Shown: in pieces, positions 45,301 through 53,428 of the stretch | How positions within the stretch are numbered: position 1 is the stretch's first letter | Layout of the letters: the number at the start of each line of letters is the position of its first letter | The notes under the pieces: model-generated | Told to the model about the DNA's origin: nothing | The model's database searches: none | Seen by the model: the letters and a program-made list of their open reading frames with translations, nothing else | Program-made: the position numbers and the translations under genes | DNA from: an uncultured Opitutales bacterium | Lineage (GTDB): Bacteria > Verrucomicrobiota > Verrucomicrobiia > Opitutales > T3Sed10-336 | Length of the DNA: 64,000 nucleotides | NCBI GenBank assembly: GCA_964645585.1 | Contig: CAZYAN010000007.1 | Span: 6,297-70,296 of the forward strand | Direction: 5' to 3'

Positions 45301-46844
45301 CGATAGCTGCCGGGTTCGGTACCGGGGCCGATCTCGGCGATATCTTCCGTGGTCAACCACTGAATAAGATGCTTAAAATTCCCGCTGTAATGGTTGTTCG
45401 GAAAATTATCCGACACTCCCATCACATCGAAGACATTTCCATATTCGATGAAACGCGCGTTCTCGACGGGGTACGTCCCCGCGCTCTGGGGCCCAACAGG
45501 CGCCCAGTAGCCCGAATGATGCAAACCAAAGTTGTGCCCCAGTTCATGAGCGATGACGCCGGGATGGAAAATCCCCTGAATCCAGGCCTCCCCCCGTCCG
45601 AGTCCCCCCAAACCAGCCCAATCAAATCCGATATCAGGAAACGCGACGAGAACGAAGTCGTATTCCGATTCATATCCCAAACCTTGGGCCGCGGTTACCG
45701 CATCCCTCAACAGTGTGAGGTATCCAGGCTCGTCCTCTCCATCCGCCAAATAGGCCGCGGCAGTACCTGGCATCCGCAATGGCTGTCCTGCGGTAACGTG
45801 GATCTGCCGAAAGCGGAACTGTCGATACGACGCCTCTTGAAGAAACCGGCTTACCTGTTCCATGACAGTGTACGCCGCGGATTCCGAAACCGGCGGATCC
45901 GGCGGAATTGTCGGCTCCTCAGGCTCCTCAGGCTCGTCGGGGTCGTCGGGTTCTTCAGGCTCCGCAAACTCAACGCGGACCACCAAAATCGTCTTCTCGC
46001 CCAAACTGCTGTAAGTCGCGGTCTCGTGATTCAGCGGCTGACGGTTCACCGGATCGTCCGTAAACGCCAAGTAGTGGGCGGCGCAGCAGAACTCAATGAT
46101 TCCGCGGGCTGTTTCGGCAACGACAGGATTTGCATCCGCCGCCTCGTGCTCGCCCATCTCAGGAGGACAAGGGATGGATGGACCGCCAAGAGCCTCGATC
46201 TCACGCGCGCCCAGAATCCGTGCGGGACTCTCGGCAACCGCCAAATCGCGTTCGATAGCGATTCCATGCGCAAAGATATTATCACTCACCGGCACGCCCA
46301 GCCACTCTCCGGATACATAGGCGTCGTAATGTTGCCCATTGATCTTGAAATCACGCTGCACCAAACGCTCCGGCACTTCCCCGTTCAGCTTTGGCACGAC
46401 GCCGGACACGTACAAATCGCCACGGCCGCTCACCGTCTTTTCCAAATATGGATGGATCTCCGGGGGCAGCTCCTCGCGAAGATCCGCCGGCAGCGCGCGC
46501 GCGATCGCCTCTCGAGGATTTTCGCGGATCAGCATCTTCATGACAGTCTGACGCTCTTTTGCCGCCTCGATTCCTTGCTGGATCATAGCGGCATCTGCCG
46601 GGGAAGAACTCGCTGAGCGATAGCGGTCGATCCATTTATGGAAAGCGGCATGGGGATCGGGATCGTGTTGCGAAACGTCAACTCGCGCAAAATCGGCACC
46701 ATTGTTCGCGAGCTCGTGGATGACGAGTGACTCCGGTTCCGCGCGCGAATCCAGAGGCGTCAAATTTTGCGATTCCCGGGTAAGCCAGACAAAGCTGAAC
46801 AGAGCCGATAATAGGGTGACAACCAAAAGCAGTCGCTTCTTCAT
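42315..46844 (-). CDS. 1509-aa secreted zinc metalloprotease (metzincin, reprolysin-like motif) fused to tandem Ig-like domains, a ~7-blade beta-propeller and the shared CTD.
   Basis: HELGHNFGLHH (HExxHxxGxxH) at 45516-45548. N-terminal signal or anchor MKKRLLLVVTLLSALFSFVWL. About six Ig-like units, for example EYWLNGEVF...TYEFRAAV. Propeller blades such as WIAVGQAGMILTSENGTDW. The CTD reads TNLERYAFGIDP...VSSDLVDW...RRFIRLKI. The start is trimmed to ATG 46844. Confidence 0.9.
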   Translation of the reverse strand: MKKRLLLVVTLLSALFSFVWLTRESQNLTPLDSRAEPESLVIHELANNGADFARVDVSQHDPDPHAAFHKWIDRYRSASSSPADAAMIQQGIEAAKERQTVMKMLIRENPREAIARALPADLREELPPEIHPYLEKTVSGRGDLYVSGVVPKLNGEVPERLVQRDFKINGQHYDAYVSGEWLGVPVSDNIFAHGIAIERDLAVAESPARILGAREIEALGGPSIPCPPEMGEHEAADANPVVAETARGIIEFCCAAHYLAFTDDPVNRQPLNHETATYSSLGEKTILVVRVEFAEPEEPDDPDEPEEPEEPTIPPDPPVSESAAYTVMEQVSRFLQEASYRQFRFRQIHVTAGQPLRMPGTAAAYLADGEDEPGYLTLLRDAVTAAQGLGYESEYDFVLVAFPDIGFDWAGLGGLGRGEAWIQGIFHPGVIAHELGHNFGLHHSGYWAPVGPQSAGTYPVENARFIEYGNVFDVMGVSDNFPNNHYSGNFKHLIQWLTTEDIAEIGPGTEPGSYRLFRLDGGAAKVPGRVYSLRILTENHSMLPPLKDYWVDFRQLFTSSERAMDGVVVQWGDAPGTDRGSHLLNLNPDLWPESSAEEAPLRVGESYVDQENELILTAARRGGTGTNAYVDVVVTRGQLSTSVLSPEPPYSTENPEGEVRLLAAGTVTVRMSANATASPVASVDLLLDGDSVGIPEEVGDGIYELSIPATGWPDARMELRSAVKNEAGNIVYSDPVLVRFVEPEIVLAAEPAEVFLGEPINFSVQRAEGDGPLEPGEIFIGGESAGMLDASLAMTWIPEESGLFEVYATAFDADEILIRTRSIDVRVFSGEVAEFDIEVTPEVVVLGGAADLLIATTGDYVTSLKYSINGEVLEEPADAAEPVVWRPMVPGEYEIGAVAMVDGIEVSTTRMISVVEAEEFFFEFTVSPPSITLGESVDLLVSSDETISGVEYWLNGEVFSRVDEAPFTAAWNPVHPGTYEFRAAVTGESGTVASRLIPVSVQEPVILVQVEPRILLSSGEITVEAQTNATSWEAVEVQYRINGAPLDGAIGFGQAFKHFLNIPGKHSVEVRAMDGAGNEAVGRGYAEVIGRTPMEATDSAVIGSGNLYAGVGGEAGVVFGGVEGIWIFDAETGDWANQPVPFTVRGLSYGNGVYVAVGDAGQAAWSADGILWQEIPSGTNSHLRSVRWYNGLFHAVGDQGIILYSLDGTVWHRANSPDTNNTLWDLSYGLGRWIAVGQAGMILTSENGTDWTAQSAQTTIALRGIAFGKGTFVAVGGRVVHDNVTEGIILLSFDGESWQPQSRSEILRGAAFVDQSFIVTGDRGTILGSYDGVRWTSSITETLLAFFGVVDHEGLLTAFGESGQVWTTQPGGIASSYGEWVGRGLNANEIEDPGRVLPEAAVDGTTTNLERYAFGIDPREPVSIEALPRMIRTADNRLGLIYRQSLHPDDIQVKPQVSSDLVDWTPLGEEAVVALVEEENFREVTVDDRHEPAAARRFIRLKIDLTGPQ

Positions 46845-46944
46845 CGCGTGTAGTGGGTTCAACAAGTGCTGATTGAATGCCCGCCGGACAGAATGGATTC
46901 GGAACGCCGGTTTTGCCCTGAATATGGTATTTGCATGCAGGCTC

Positions 46945-47202
46945 CTAGGGCTGCGGATGCTCCTTTCCGCCGGCGGCACGTGCTTCTGTTTCGTCGCTGC
47001 CTTGGCTCGATGGATTCACAGATTCAGGCTGCGAATTCAGATCGTCGAAGATCAACTGGTTCACGTAAGCCGACAAACTCATGCGCCGGGATGCCGCTTG
47101 CTCCTTGGCGGCTTTGAGTAAGGGCAGCTCAAAGCTGATTCCTTGGGTAGCTCGGCTGGGTTCGGGCTTCATGGTTGCGCCATAGTTGCCAACTGTTGTC
47201 AT
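46945..47202 (-). CDS. Small ribbon-helix-helix (CopG/Arc-like) DNA-binding protein, first gene upstream of the giant-protein block.
   Basis: GISFELPLLKAAKEQAASRRMSLSAYVNQLIFDDL fits a beta-strand/helix/helix RHH pattern. It is paralogous to the divergent ORF 47254..47514. An alternative start is ATG 47172. Confidence 0.6.
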   Translation of the reverse strand: MTTVGNYGATMKPEPSRATQGISFELPLLKAAKEQAASRRMSLSAYVNQLIFDDLNSQPESVNPSSQGSDETEARAAGGKEHPQP

Positions 47203-47204
47203 CG

Positions 47205-47224
47205 CTTGCAAGCCCTTCTTGCAA
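47205..47224. promoter_or_regulatory. Candidate operator or -35 elements: two TTGCAA palindromic hexamers 13 bp apart in the divergent RHH intergenic region.
   Basis: CTTGCAAG at 47205-47212 and CTTGCAA at 47218-47224, lying between the two divergently transcribed RHH genes. Confidence 0.3.
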
Positions 47225-47253
47225 AAATTTAGAAAAAATACTTTCCTTTCCAC

Positions 47254-47514
47254 GTGGCGCGGAAAAAGAAGACGACACACGGGGTTTCGTTCCCCGATCC
47301 AGAACTGCTCACGGCCGCGAAAGCGAAGGCCGCCTCGATGCAGATCAGCTTTTCAACCTACATCAACCAGCTTGTCCGAAGGGATCTCGGCTGGAAAGGT
47401 GTCCATGACTGGGTGGAGCCGCAGGCACCCTTGCCGCCGTCCGAACACCGGCAGAAATCAGGACGTTTCAAGGAGCCGGCTCCGATTGTCCGTCGGAAAG
47501 CTCATCCAGAATAA
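47254..47514 (+). CDS. Small ribbon-helix-helix (CopG/Arc-like) DNA-binding protein, paralog of 46945..47202.
   Basis: GVSFPDPELLTAAKAKAASMQISFSTYINQLVRRDL aligns with the minus-strand RHH with about 19 identities over 36 positions and one gap. GTG start. Confidence 0.6.
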   Translation: MARKKKTTHGVSFPDPELLTAAKAKAASMQISFSTYINQLVRRDLGWKGVHDWVEPQAPLPPSEHRQKSGRFKEPAPIVRRKAHPE

Positions 47515-47734
47515 GGGCGCAGGTCGTCTCCGGATGGTGGCGCAGCGGCGGGGATATTCCATACTCGCGGAAGACTTTCCGGTGGTCCTCCAGTTCATCG
47601 AGCAAGGTCAATGCGATCTCTCGCAATTGTATATTCGTCGCCCGCGCAATCGCCCGGCGATAGAAAAAGGAACAATGAAAACGGGGTTCCGGGTTATCAG
47701 GTTCTCTAAGCGGCAACTTCAGGGGTTCAATCAT
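47468..47734 (-). CDS. Hypothetical 88-aa protein (weak call)
   Basis: ORF starting MIEPLKLPL. No motif was recognised. Third codon positions appear less G/C-biased by eye than in neighbouring genes. Its 3' end overlaps the plus-strand RHH gene by 47 nt. Confidence 0.28.
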   Translation of the reverse strand: MIEPLKLPLREPDNPEPRFHCSFFYRRAIARATNIQLREIALTLLDELEDHRKVFREYGISPPLRHHPETTCALILDELSDGQSEPAP

Positions 47735-47822
47735 AGAAGACGGATTACAAGGAATAGCTGGAGGTAAAACAAATATAAATTCTGCCCCTCGCAAAATTTA
47801 TTGCTTCTGGGCTTTTCCCTCG

Positions 47823-47841
47823 ATCCGCCGGGGCGGCGGAT
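47823..47841. terminator. GC-rich hairpin between gltX and the RHH region; a possible terminator.
   Basis: ATCCGCCG-GGG-CGGCGGAT, an 8-bp stem. It is followed by TTCAATT on the plus strand. There is no U-tract on the minus strand. Confidence 0.33.
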
Positions 47842-47905
47842 TTCAATTCCGCTGGACTGCTGAAGCCGCGCTTGTACCGAACCCGAATCTTCCAGGGACG
47901 ATTCG

Positions 47906-49222
47906 CTAGTTCGCCTTTTCCAAGAAACGGTCGATTCGACGTAACACGCGCTCCCGTCCAAGGACGCGCAAGAGTCCGTAAAAGCCGGGGCCGACACTTC
48001 GTCCGGAAACCGCCAGGCGACAGGCATGGATGTATTCGCCCGTTGCTACTTGGTGTTTCTCCGCCAGCGTCTGGACCAGCGCTTCCAATTCCGGCTCCGA
48101 AAATTCGCCGGCTCCGGCCAACGCCTCCTTCAGCTCGTTCACCCGCGCCACCGGATCGCCTTTGCGAAAGATTTTCTGCCAGGCTTTTTCGTCATACGCG
48201 AAATCATCGTCGAAGAAATAGTCGCAAAATTCCGGCAGATCCTCGACCGATCGCAGCTTTTCCTGGCAGATTTCCAATACGGCGTCGACGAATGCCGCAT
48301 CGGTCTCCTCCGCGATCGTCCCCGCTTCCCACAGCCGCTCGCGCCCGATTTCCCGGAATCTCTCCGCCGGCAGTTCGTGGAGATAACGGCTGTTGATAAA
48401 TGACAGCTTCTTCTCGTCGAAGCGCGCGTTATTCTGATTGATCTGCGGCAGATCGAATATCCGAATGATCTCCTCGATCGGCATCACTTCACGGTCATCC
48501 TTCGGCGACCAGCCAAGCAGACAGAGATAATTGCGGACCGCTTCAGGCAGAAACCCGCGCCGCCGGTAGTCTTCGATCAGCGCCCCTTTGTCCCGCTTGC
48601 TCATCTTGCCGGGACCGTCTTCTTTCAAAATCAGCGGGATGTGCGCAAACACCGGCAGCGGCGCCCCAAAGGCTTTGAACAGCTCCGTGTGCTTGCTGGT
48701 GTTCGAGAGGTGATCTTCTCCGCGAATCACGTGGGTGATTTTCATCGTGATGTCGTCGACGACGTTCACGAGGTGAAACACCGGCGATCCGTCCGATCGC
48801 ACCACGACGAAATCCTTCTCCTCCGTCCGCTCGACTCGGCCGCGCACAGCATCCTCGATGACCTGCGGCTCGCCGGAAATCCGGAAATACCCGGCACCGT
48901 CTTTCTCATAAAGGCGGCCCGAGTCCCGCAGCTTTTGGATGAATTGCTGATAGATGTCTCCCCGTTCGCTCTGAAAATACGGCCCATGCTCGCCGCCGAC
49001 CTCAGGTCCTTCATCCCACTGCATGCCGAGCCAGCGCAGGCCGTCGAGGATCACCTGGAGCGCTTCCGGCGTATTCCGCTGCTTGTCGGTATCCTCAATA
49101 CGCAACACAAACCGGCCGCCAGTGTGCCGGGCGTAAAGCCAATTAAACAACGCCGTCCGGGCGCTTCCGATATGGAAGAAGCCGGTCGGACTCGGAGCAA
49201 ATCGTACGCGAACCTCGGACAT
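47906..49222 (-). CDS. gltX: Glutamyl-tRNA synthetase
   Basis: [23 protein letters not shown] (HIGH-type motif), RIEDTD and KMSKR. Confidence 0.93.
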   Translation of the reverse strand: MSEVRVRFAPSPTGFFHIGSARTALFNWLYARHTGGRFVLRIEDTDKQRNTPEALQVILDGLRWLGMQWDEGPEVGGEHGPYFQSERGDIYQQFIQKLRDSGRLYEKDGAGYFRISGEPQVIEDAVRGRVERTEEKDFVVVRSDGSPVFHLVNVVDDITMKITHVIRGEDHLSNTSKHTELFKAFGAPLPVFAHIPLILKEDGPGKMSKRDKGALIEDYRRRGFLPEAVRNYLCLLGWSPKDDREVMPIEEIIRIFDLPQINQNNARFDEKKLSFINSRYLHELPAERFREIGRERLWEAGTIAEETDAAFVDAVLEICQEKLRSVEDLPEFCDYFFDDDFAYDEKAWQKIFRKGDPVARVNELKEALAGAGEFSEPELEALVQTLAEKHQVATGEYIHACRLAVSGRSVGPGFYGLLRVLGRERVLRRIDRFLEKAN

Positions 49223-49366
49223 AAACCGTCACCTCAAAATGAATACTTCAACACCCCGCGAGATGGAAGAACCGAAACACCCCGGCCGAGAAACCACAAC
49301 GGGCCACCGCAGTAAAAATCCGCGACTATCGCACCCAGTCCCGGACCTGCCGTTGCCCACCGGACT

Positions 49367-50569
49367 CTATTCCAGCGCCGCGACACCAGGGAGCGTCTTC
49401 CCTTCCAGAAATTCGAGGCTCGCTCCGCCGCCCGTGCTGATAAAGGTCACCTTGTCGGCCTGCCCGCTCTTCCGCAGTGCCTTGACCGAATCGCCGCCGC
49501 CGATGATTGACACCGCGTCGTGGTTGGCCGCCACAGCCTCCGCAATGGCAAAGGTTCCTTTGCTGCAGGCCTCGATCTCAAAAATTCCCATCGGCCCGTT
49601 CCAGAGGATCGTCTTCGCCTTTTCAATTTCGGCCCGAAAACGCTCAACGGTCGCCGGTCCGATATCGACACCTTCCCAACCGTCCGGAATGTCTTCCCCT
49701 TCCTGGGTAAAACGGCTGTTGCCAACGGTTCCGCCGCCGAAGTCGATCTCGTCGACGATCATGTTGTCGGCCGGAAGAAGAAACTTCACCCCGCGCTCCT
49801 CCGCCTTCTTCAGCGCGTCTCTGGCCGTGTCGACCTTGTCCGGCTCCGCCAGACTCTTTCCGACCTTCCGCCCTTGGGCGAGCTGGAAGGTGTAAGCCAT
49901 TGCGCCGCCGATCAAGATCGCGTCGGCTTTCTCGAGGAGACTGTTGATCACGTTGATTTTGTCGCTGACCTTGGCCCCGCCGAGAATCACAACGAACGGC
50001 CGAGCCGGGTTCGCCGTCTGTTCCCCGAGGAACTGGAGCTCTCGCTCCATCAGCAGCCCGGCCGCCTTCGTCTGAAAATGCCGGGCAACTCCCTCCGTCG
50101 ACGCGTGCGCCCGGTGCGCCGCGCCAAACGCGTCGTTGACGTACACATCGCCCAGGCGCGCAAGCGCCGCCGCCATCTCCGGATCGTTCTTCTCCTCGCC
50201 CGGATAAAAACGCAGGTTCTCGAGCAAAGTGACCGACCCTTCCGGCATCTGCGCGATCGCCTCCTCAACTTTCTCCCCAAAAGTTTCGTCGAGAAACAGC
50301 ACCGGCTTTCCCAGCAGCTCGACGAGCGCCTGACCGACCGGCCTCAGCGAGTATTTCGGGTTTGCCTGCCCTTTCGGACGCCCGAGATGGCTCATCAGAA
50401 CGACCCGCGCATTCCGCTCGAGCAGGTACGTGATCGTCGGCAAAGCAGCCCGGATCCGGCTGTCGTCGGTAACCTCCTGCTTCTCATTGAGCGGAACGTT
50501 GAAATCGACGCGCACCAAAACCGTTTTTCCCGTGACGTCGATGTCCTTAATTGTATTAATTTTTCCCAT
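49367..50569 (-). CDS. pgk: Phosphoglycerate kinase
   Basis: VLVRVDFNVPL, SHLGRPKG and the C-terminal ISTGGGASLEFLEG. The start is trimmed to MGKINTIKD (50569). Confidence 0.93.
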   Translation of the reverse strand: MGKINTIKDIDVTGKTVLVRVDFNVPLNEKQEVTDDSRIRAALPTITYLLERNARVVLMSHLGRPKGQANPKYSLRPVGQALVELLGKPVLFLDETFGEKVEEAIAQMPEGSVTLLENLRFYPGEEKNDPEMAAALARLGDVYVNDAFGAAHRAHASTEGVARHFQTKAAGLLMERELQFLGEQTANPARPFVVILGGAKVSDKINVINSLLEKADAILIGGAMAYTFQLAQGRKVGKSLAEPDKVDTARDALKKAEERGVKFLLPADNMIVDEIDFGGGTVGNSRFTQEGEDIPDGWEGVDIGPATVERFRAEIEKAKTILWNGPMGIFEIEACSKGTFAIAEAVAANHDAVSIIGGGDSVKALRKSGQADKVTFISTGGGASLEFLEGKTLPGVAALE

Positions 50570-50730
50570 ACGTCCGAAATTCCCCTCTCCTTGACTGTGC
50601 TGCGCAAAACTCGAAAAGGACGAAACAGCAACCATGACCATATGCCGCCCTTTCGAGACGGCTTCGTCGACCCGCTCCAGACGCCCCGGCCGGGCGATTC
50701 GTAACTGGAAGACAGTTTTCGGACACGGTC

Positions 50731-50753
50731 GAAAAAGTCGGGCCCGCGCCCGA
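50731..50753 (-). terminator. Possible intrinsic terminator between gap and pgk
   Basis: The minus strand reads TCGGGC-GCGG-GCCCGA followed by CTTTTTCG. The stem is short (6 bp). Confidence 0.35.
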
Positions 50754-50779
50754 ATCGGGACACGGGCCGTAATTCTCAA

Positions 50780-51838
<1,059 letters not shown>

Positions 51839-52141
51839 TTATTTCGCTCTCCGGGTACCCCCGCGTTCAAGAGCGAGGCCCCTGAAACGGCGTCCCGCCG
51901 CGGCGAACCGCCTCGAAGAGAAATCTCCTCCCATGCCAACTCTATACGACATTCATGCAGTGACAATGAGCGGAAAGGGAAAACAGAAAACAGTCGTGCC
52001 TGTTTGGCAAGAGTTAAACTGGGGAACCTTTTTCGAAGCCGGGTTCTTCCTTTTGCAGGCCTGCCATGAACGGAACACCGGGCACTCCCCGATTTGCTGC
52101 TCCCGACCTTGCGCAATCGCGCCAAACGGGGATTTTTTTGC

Positions 52142-52729
52142 ATGGCAGACCGTCTACCAATCGCAGTGATTATCGGGAGCACCCGGCCGGGACGCCTCGG
52201 CGAAAGCGTCGGAAAATGGACATTTGAGGTCGCGAAAAGCCGGAGCGACGCGGCCGTCGAGCTGATCGATCTCAAGGAGGTGAACCTGCCGCTGCTCGAC
52301 GAGGCGGTTCCTCCTTCTATGGGGCAGTACTCGCATCAGCACACGAAAGACTGGGCGGCGACGATTGCCCGCTTCGATGGCTTTGTCTTCGTCACTCCTG
52401 AATATAACCACGGCACCTGCGGCGCATTGAAGAACGCCCTCGATTTCCTCTACGCCGAATGGAACAACAAAGCCGCCGGATTCGTCGGCTACGGAGGCGT
52501 GGGCGGCGCACGAGCCGTCGAAAGCCTCCGGCTCGTCATGGGCGAGTTGCAGATCGCCGACGTGCGCAACCAGGTCTACCTCAACCTGCGCGACGATTTC
52601 GACGACGAGACGGAGCAATTCCGCCCGCGCCCGCACCAGGAGAAAGCACTCCACGGGATGCTCGACCAGCTGGTGGCATGGGCCGGCGCGCTGAAGTCCC
52701 TCCGCCAATCCGCCCGCGCCGCCGCATAA
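52142..52729 (+). CDS. NADPH-dependent FMN reductase family protein
   Basis: IAVIIGSTRPGRLG and FVTPEYNHGTCGALKNALDFL. The start is trimmed to MADRLP. Confidence 0.85.
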   Translation: MADRLPIAVIIGSTRPGRLGESVGKWTFEVAKSRSDAAVELIDLKEVNLPLLDEAVPPSMGQYSHQHTKDWAATIARFDGFVFVTPEYNHGTCGALKNALDFLYAEWNNKAAGFVGYGGVGGARAVESLRLVMGELQIADVRNQVYLNLRDDFDDETEQFRPRPHQEKALHGMLDQLVAWAGALKSLRQSARAAA

Positions 52730-52910
52730 GCATTCAGCAGCCTTCGCCGCCGTCTCCGCAGCCGCCGGCGTGAGCCGATGGACCCGAAATCCCCCGGCAT
52801 GAACCGCTCGACCCGCGGACGTGTTTCAACCATCCCGGCAGCGTGCCGTGCAGCTCGGCTAAACGATTCAAGGGTGGACATCCCGCGACGACACCGTTTG
52901 CTTTATCGCG

Positions 52911-53264
52911 ATGGCCTACGAAATTTCCGGCAAAATCAAAGTTATCTTCGATACGCAGACATTTCCCAGCGGCTTCTCCAAACGGGAGTTCGTGATCACG
53001 ACGGAGGGTAAGTTCCCTCAGGATATTAAGTTCGATTGCCTGAAGGACAAAGCGGCGCAGCTCGATCAGTTCAAGGAAGGGCAGCCGGTTAAGGTTCACT
53101 TCGACATCGGCGGCCGCGAATACAACGGCCGCTATTTCGTCAACCTCAACGCTTGGAAGATCGAGCCCGCGGGCACAAGCGGCGGTTCCGATCTGGCGTC
53201 AGCGGGCGACGATGAACCTTTCCCGGAAGACACCACCGACTACAGCCAGGACGAGCCGTTCTGA
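52911..53264 (+). CDS. DUF3127 family protein (OB-fold-like)
   Basis: MAYEISGKIKVIFDTQTFPSGFSKREFVITT....QDIKF....DKAAQLDQFKEGQPVKVHFDIGGREYNGRYF.NLNAWKIE matches the DUF3127 pattern as I recall it. Confidence 0.72.
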   Translation: MAYEISGKIKVIFDTQTFPSGFSKREFVITTEGKFPQDIKFDCLKDKAAQLDQFKEGQPVKVHFDIGGREYNGRYFVNLNAWKIEPAGTSGGSDLASAGDDEPFPEDTTDYSQDEPF

Positions 53265-53428
53265 CATCCAATCCCCCCAGCGTCACGGGAACGGCCCCGT
53301 CTGCCGGCGGCGTCCTCAAGGTTTTTCCGCCACCCTGCAACTCCGTACTGGCAATAGCCGGAAGGATCACAATAATCGCATCCTTCACGCTACTCGACTC
53401 ACCCTGAACAGACAAATCCGAGTCCCCC

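Noticed and set aside
25752-46844. The giant genes as RTX-type T1SS substrates.
   Set aside because: I saw no GGxGxD nonapeptide repeats. All four have N-terminal Sec-type signals, and the neighbouring ABC system is the FtsX/MacB type rather than an HlyB-type fused transporter.
42315-46979. N-terminal extensions in the track ORFs (42315..46979, 32754..36296, 432..1703, 49367..50779, 57806..59635, 8494..9417, 18958..19926).
   Set aside because: The upstream codons are Arg/Pro-rich, overlap neighbouring genes, or precede an internal Met that starts a clear signal peptide or the conserved N-terminus. The starts were trimmed accordingly.
46945-47514. The RHH pair as antitoxins of type II toxin-antitoxin modules.
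   Set aside because: No toxin-sized gene with recognisable motifs follows either RHH gene on its own strand. The only nearby small ORF (47468..47734) is convergent and overlapping.
20742-47800. The island as a prophage, ICE or transposon.
   Set aside because: No integrase, transposase, recombinase, phage structural genes or flanking direct repeats were seen. Apart from the small 47.1-47.9 kb patch, composition looks like the flanks.
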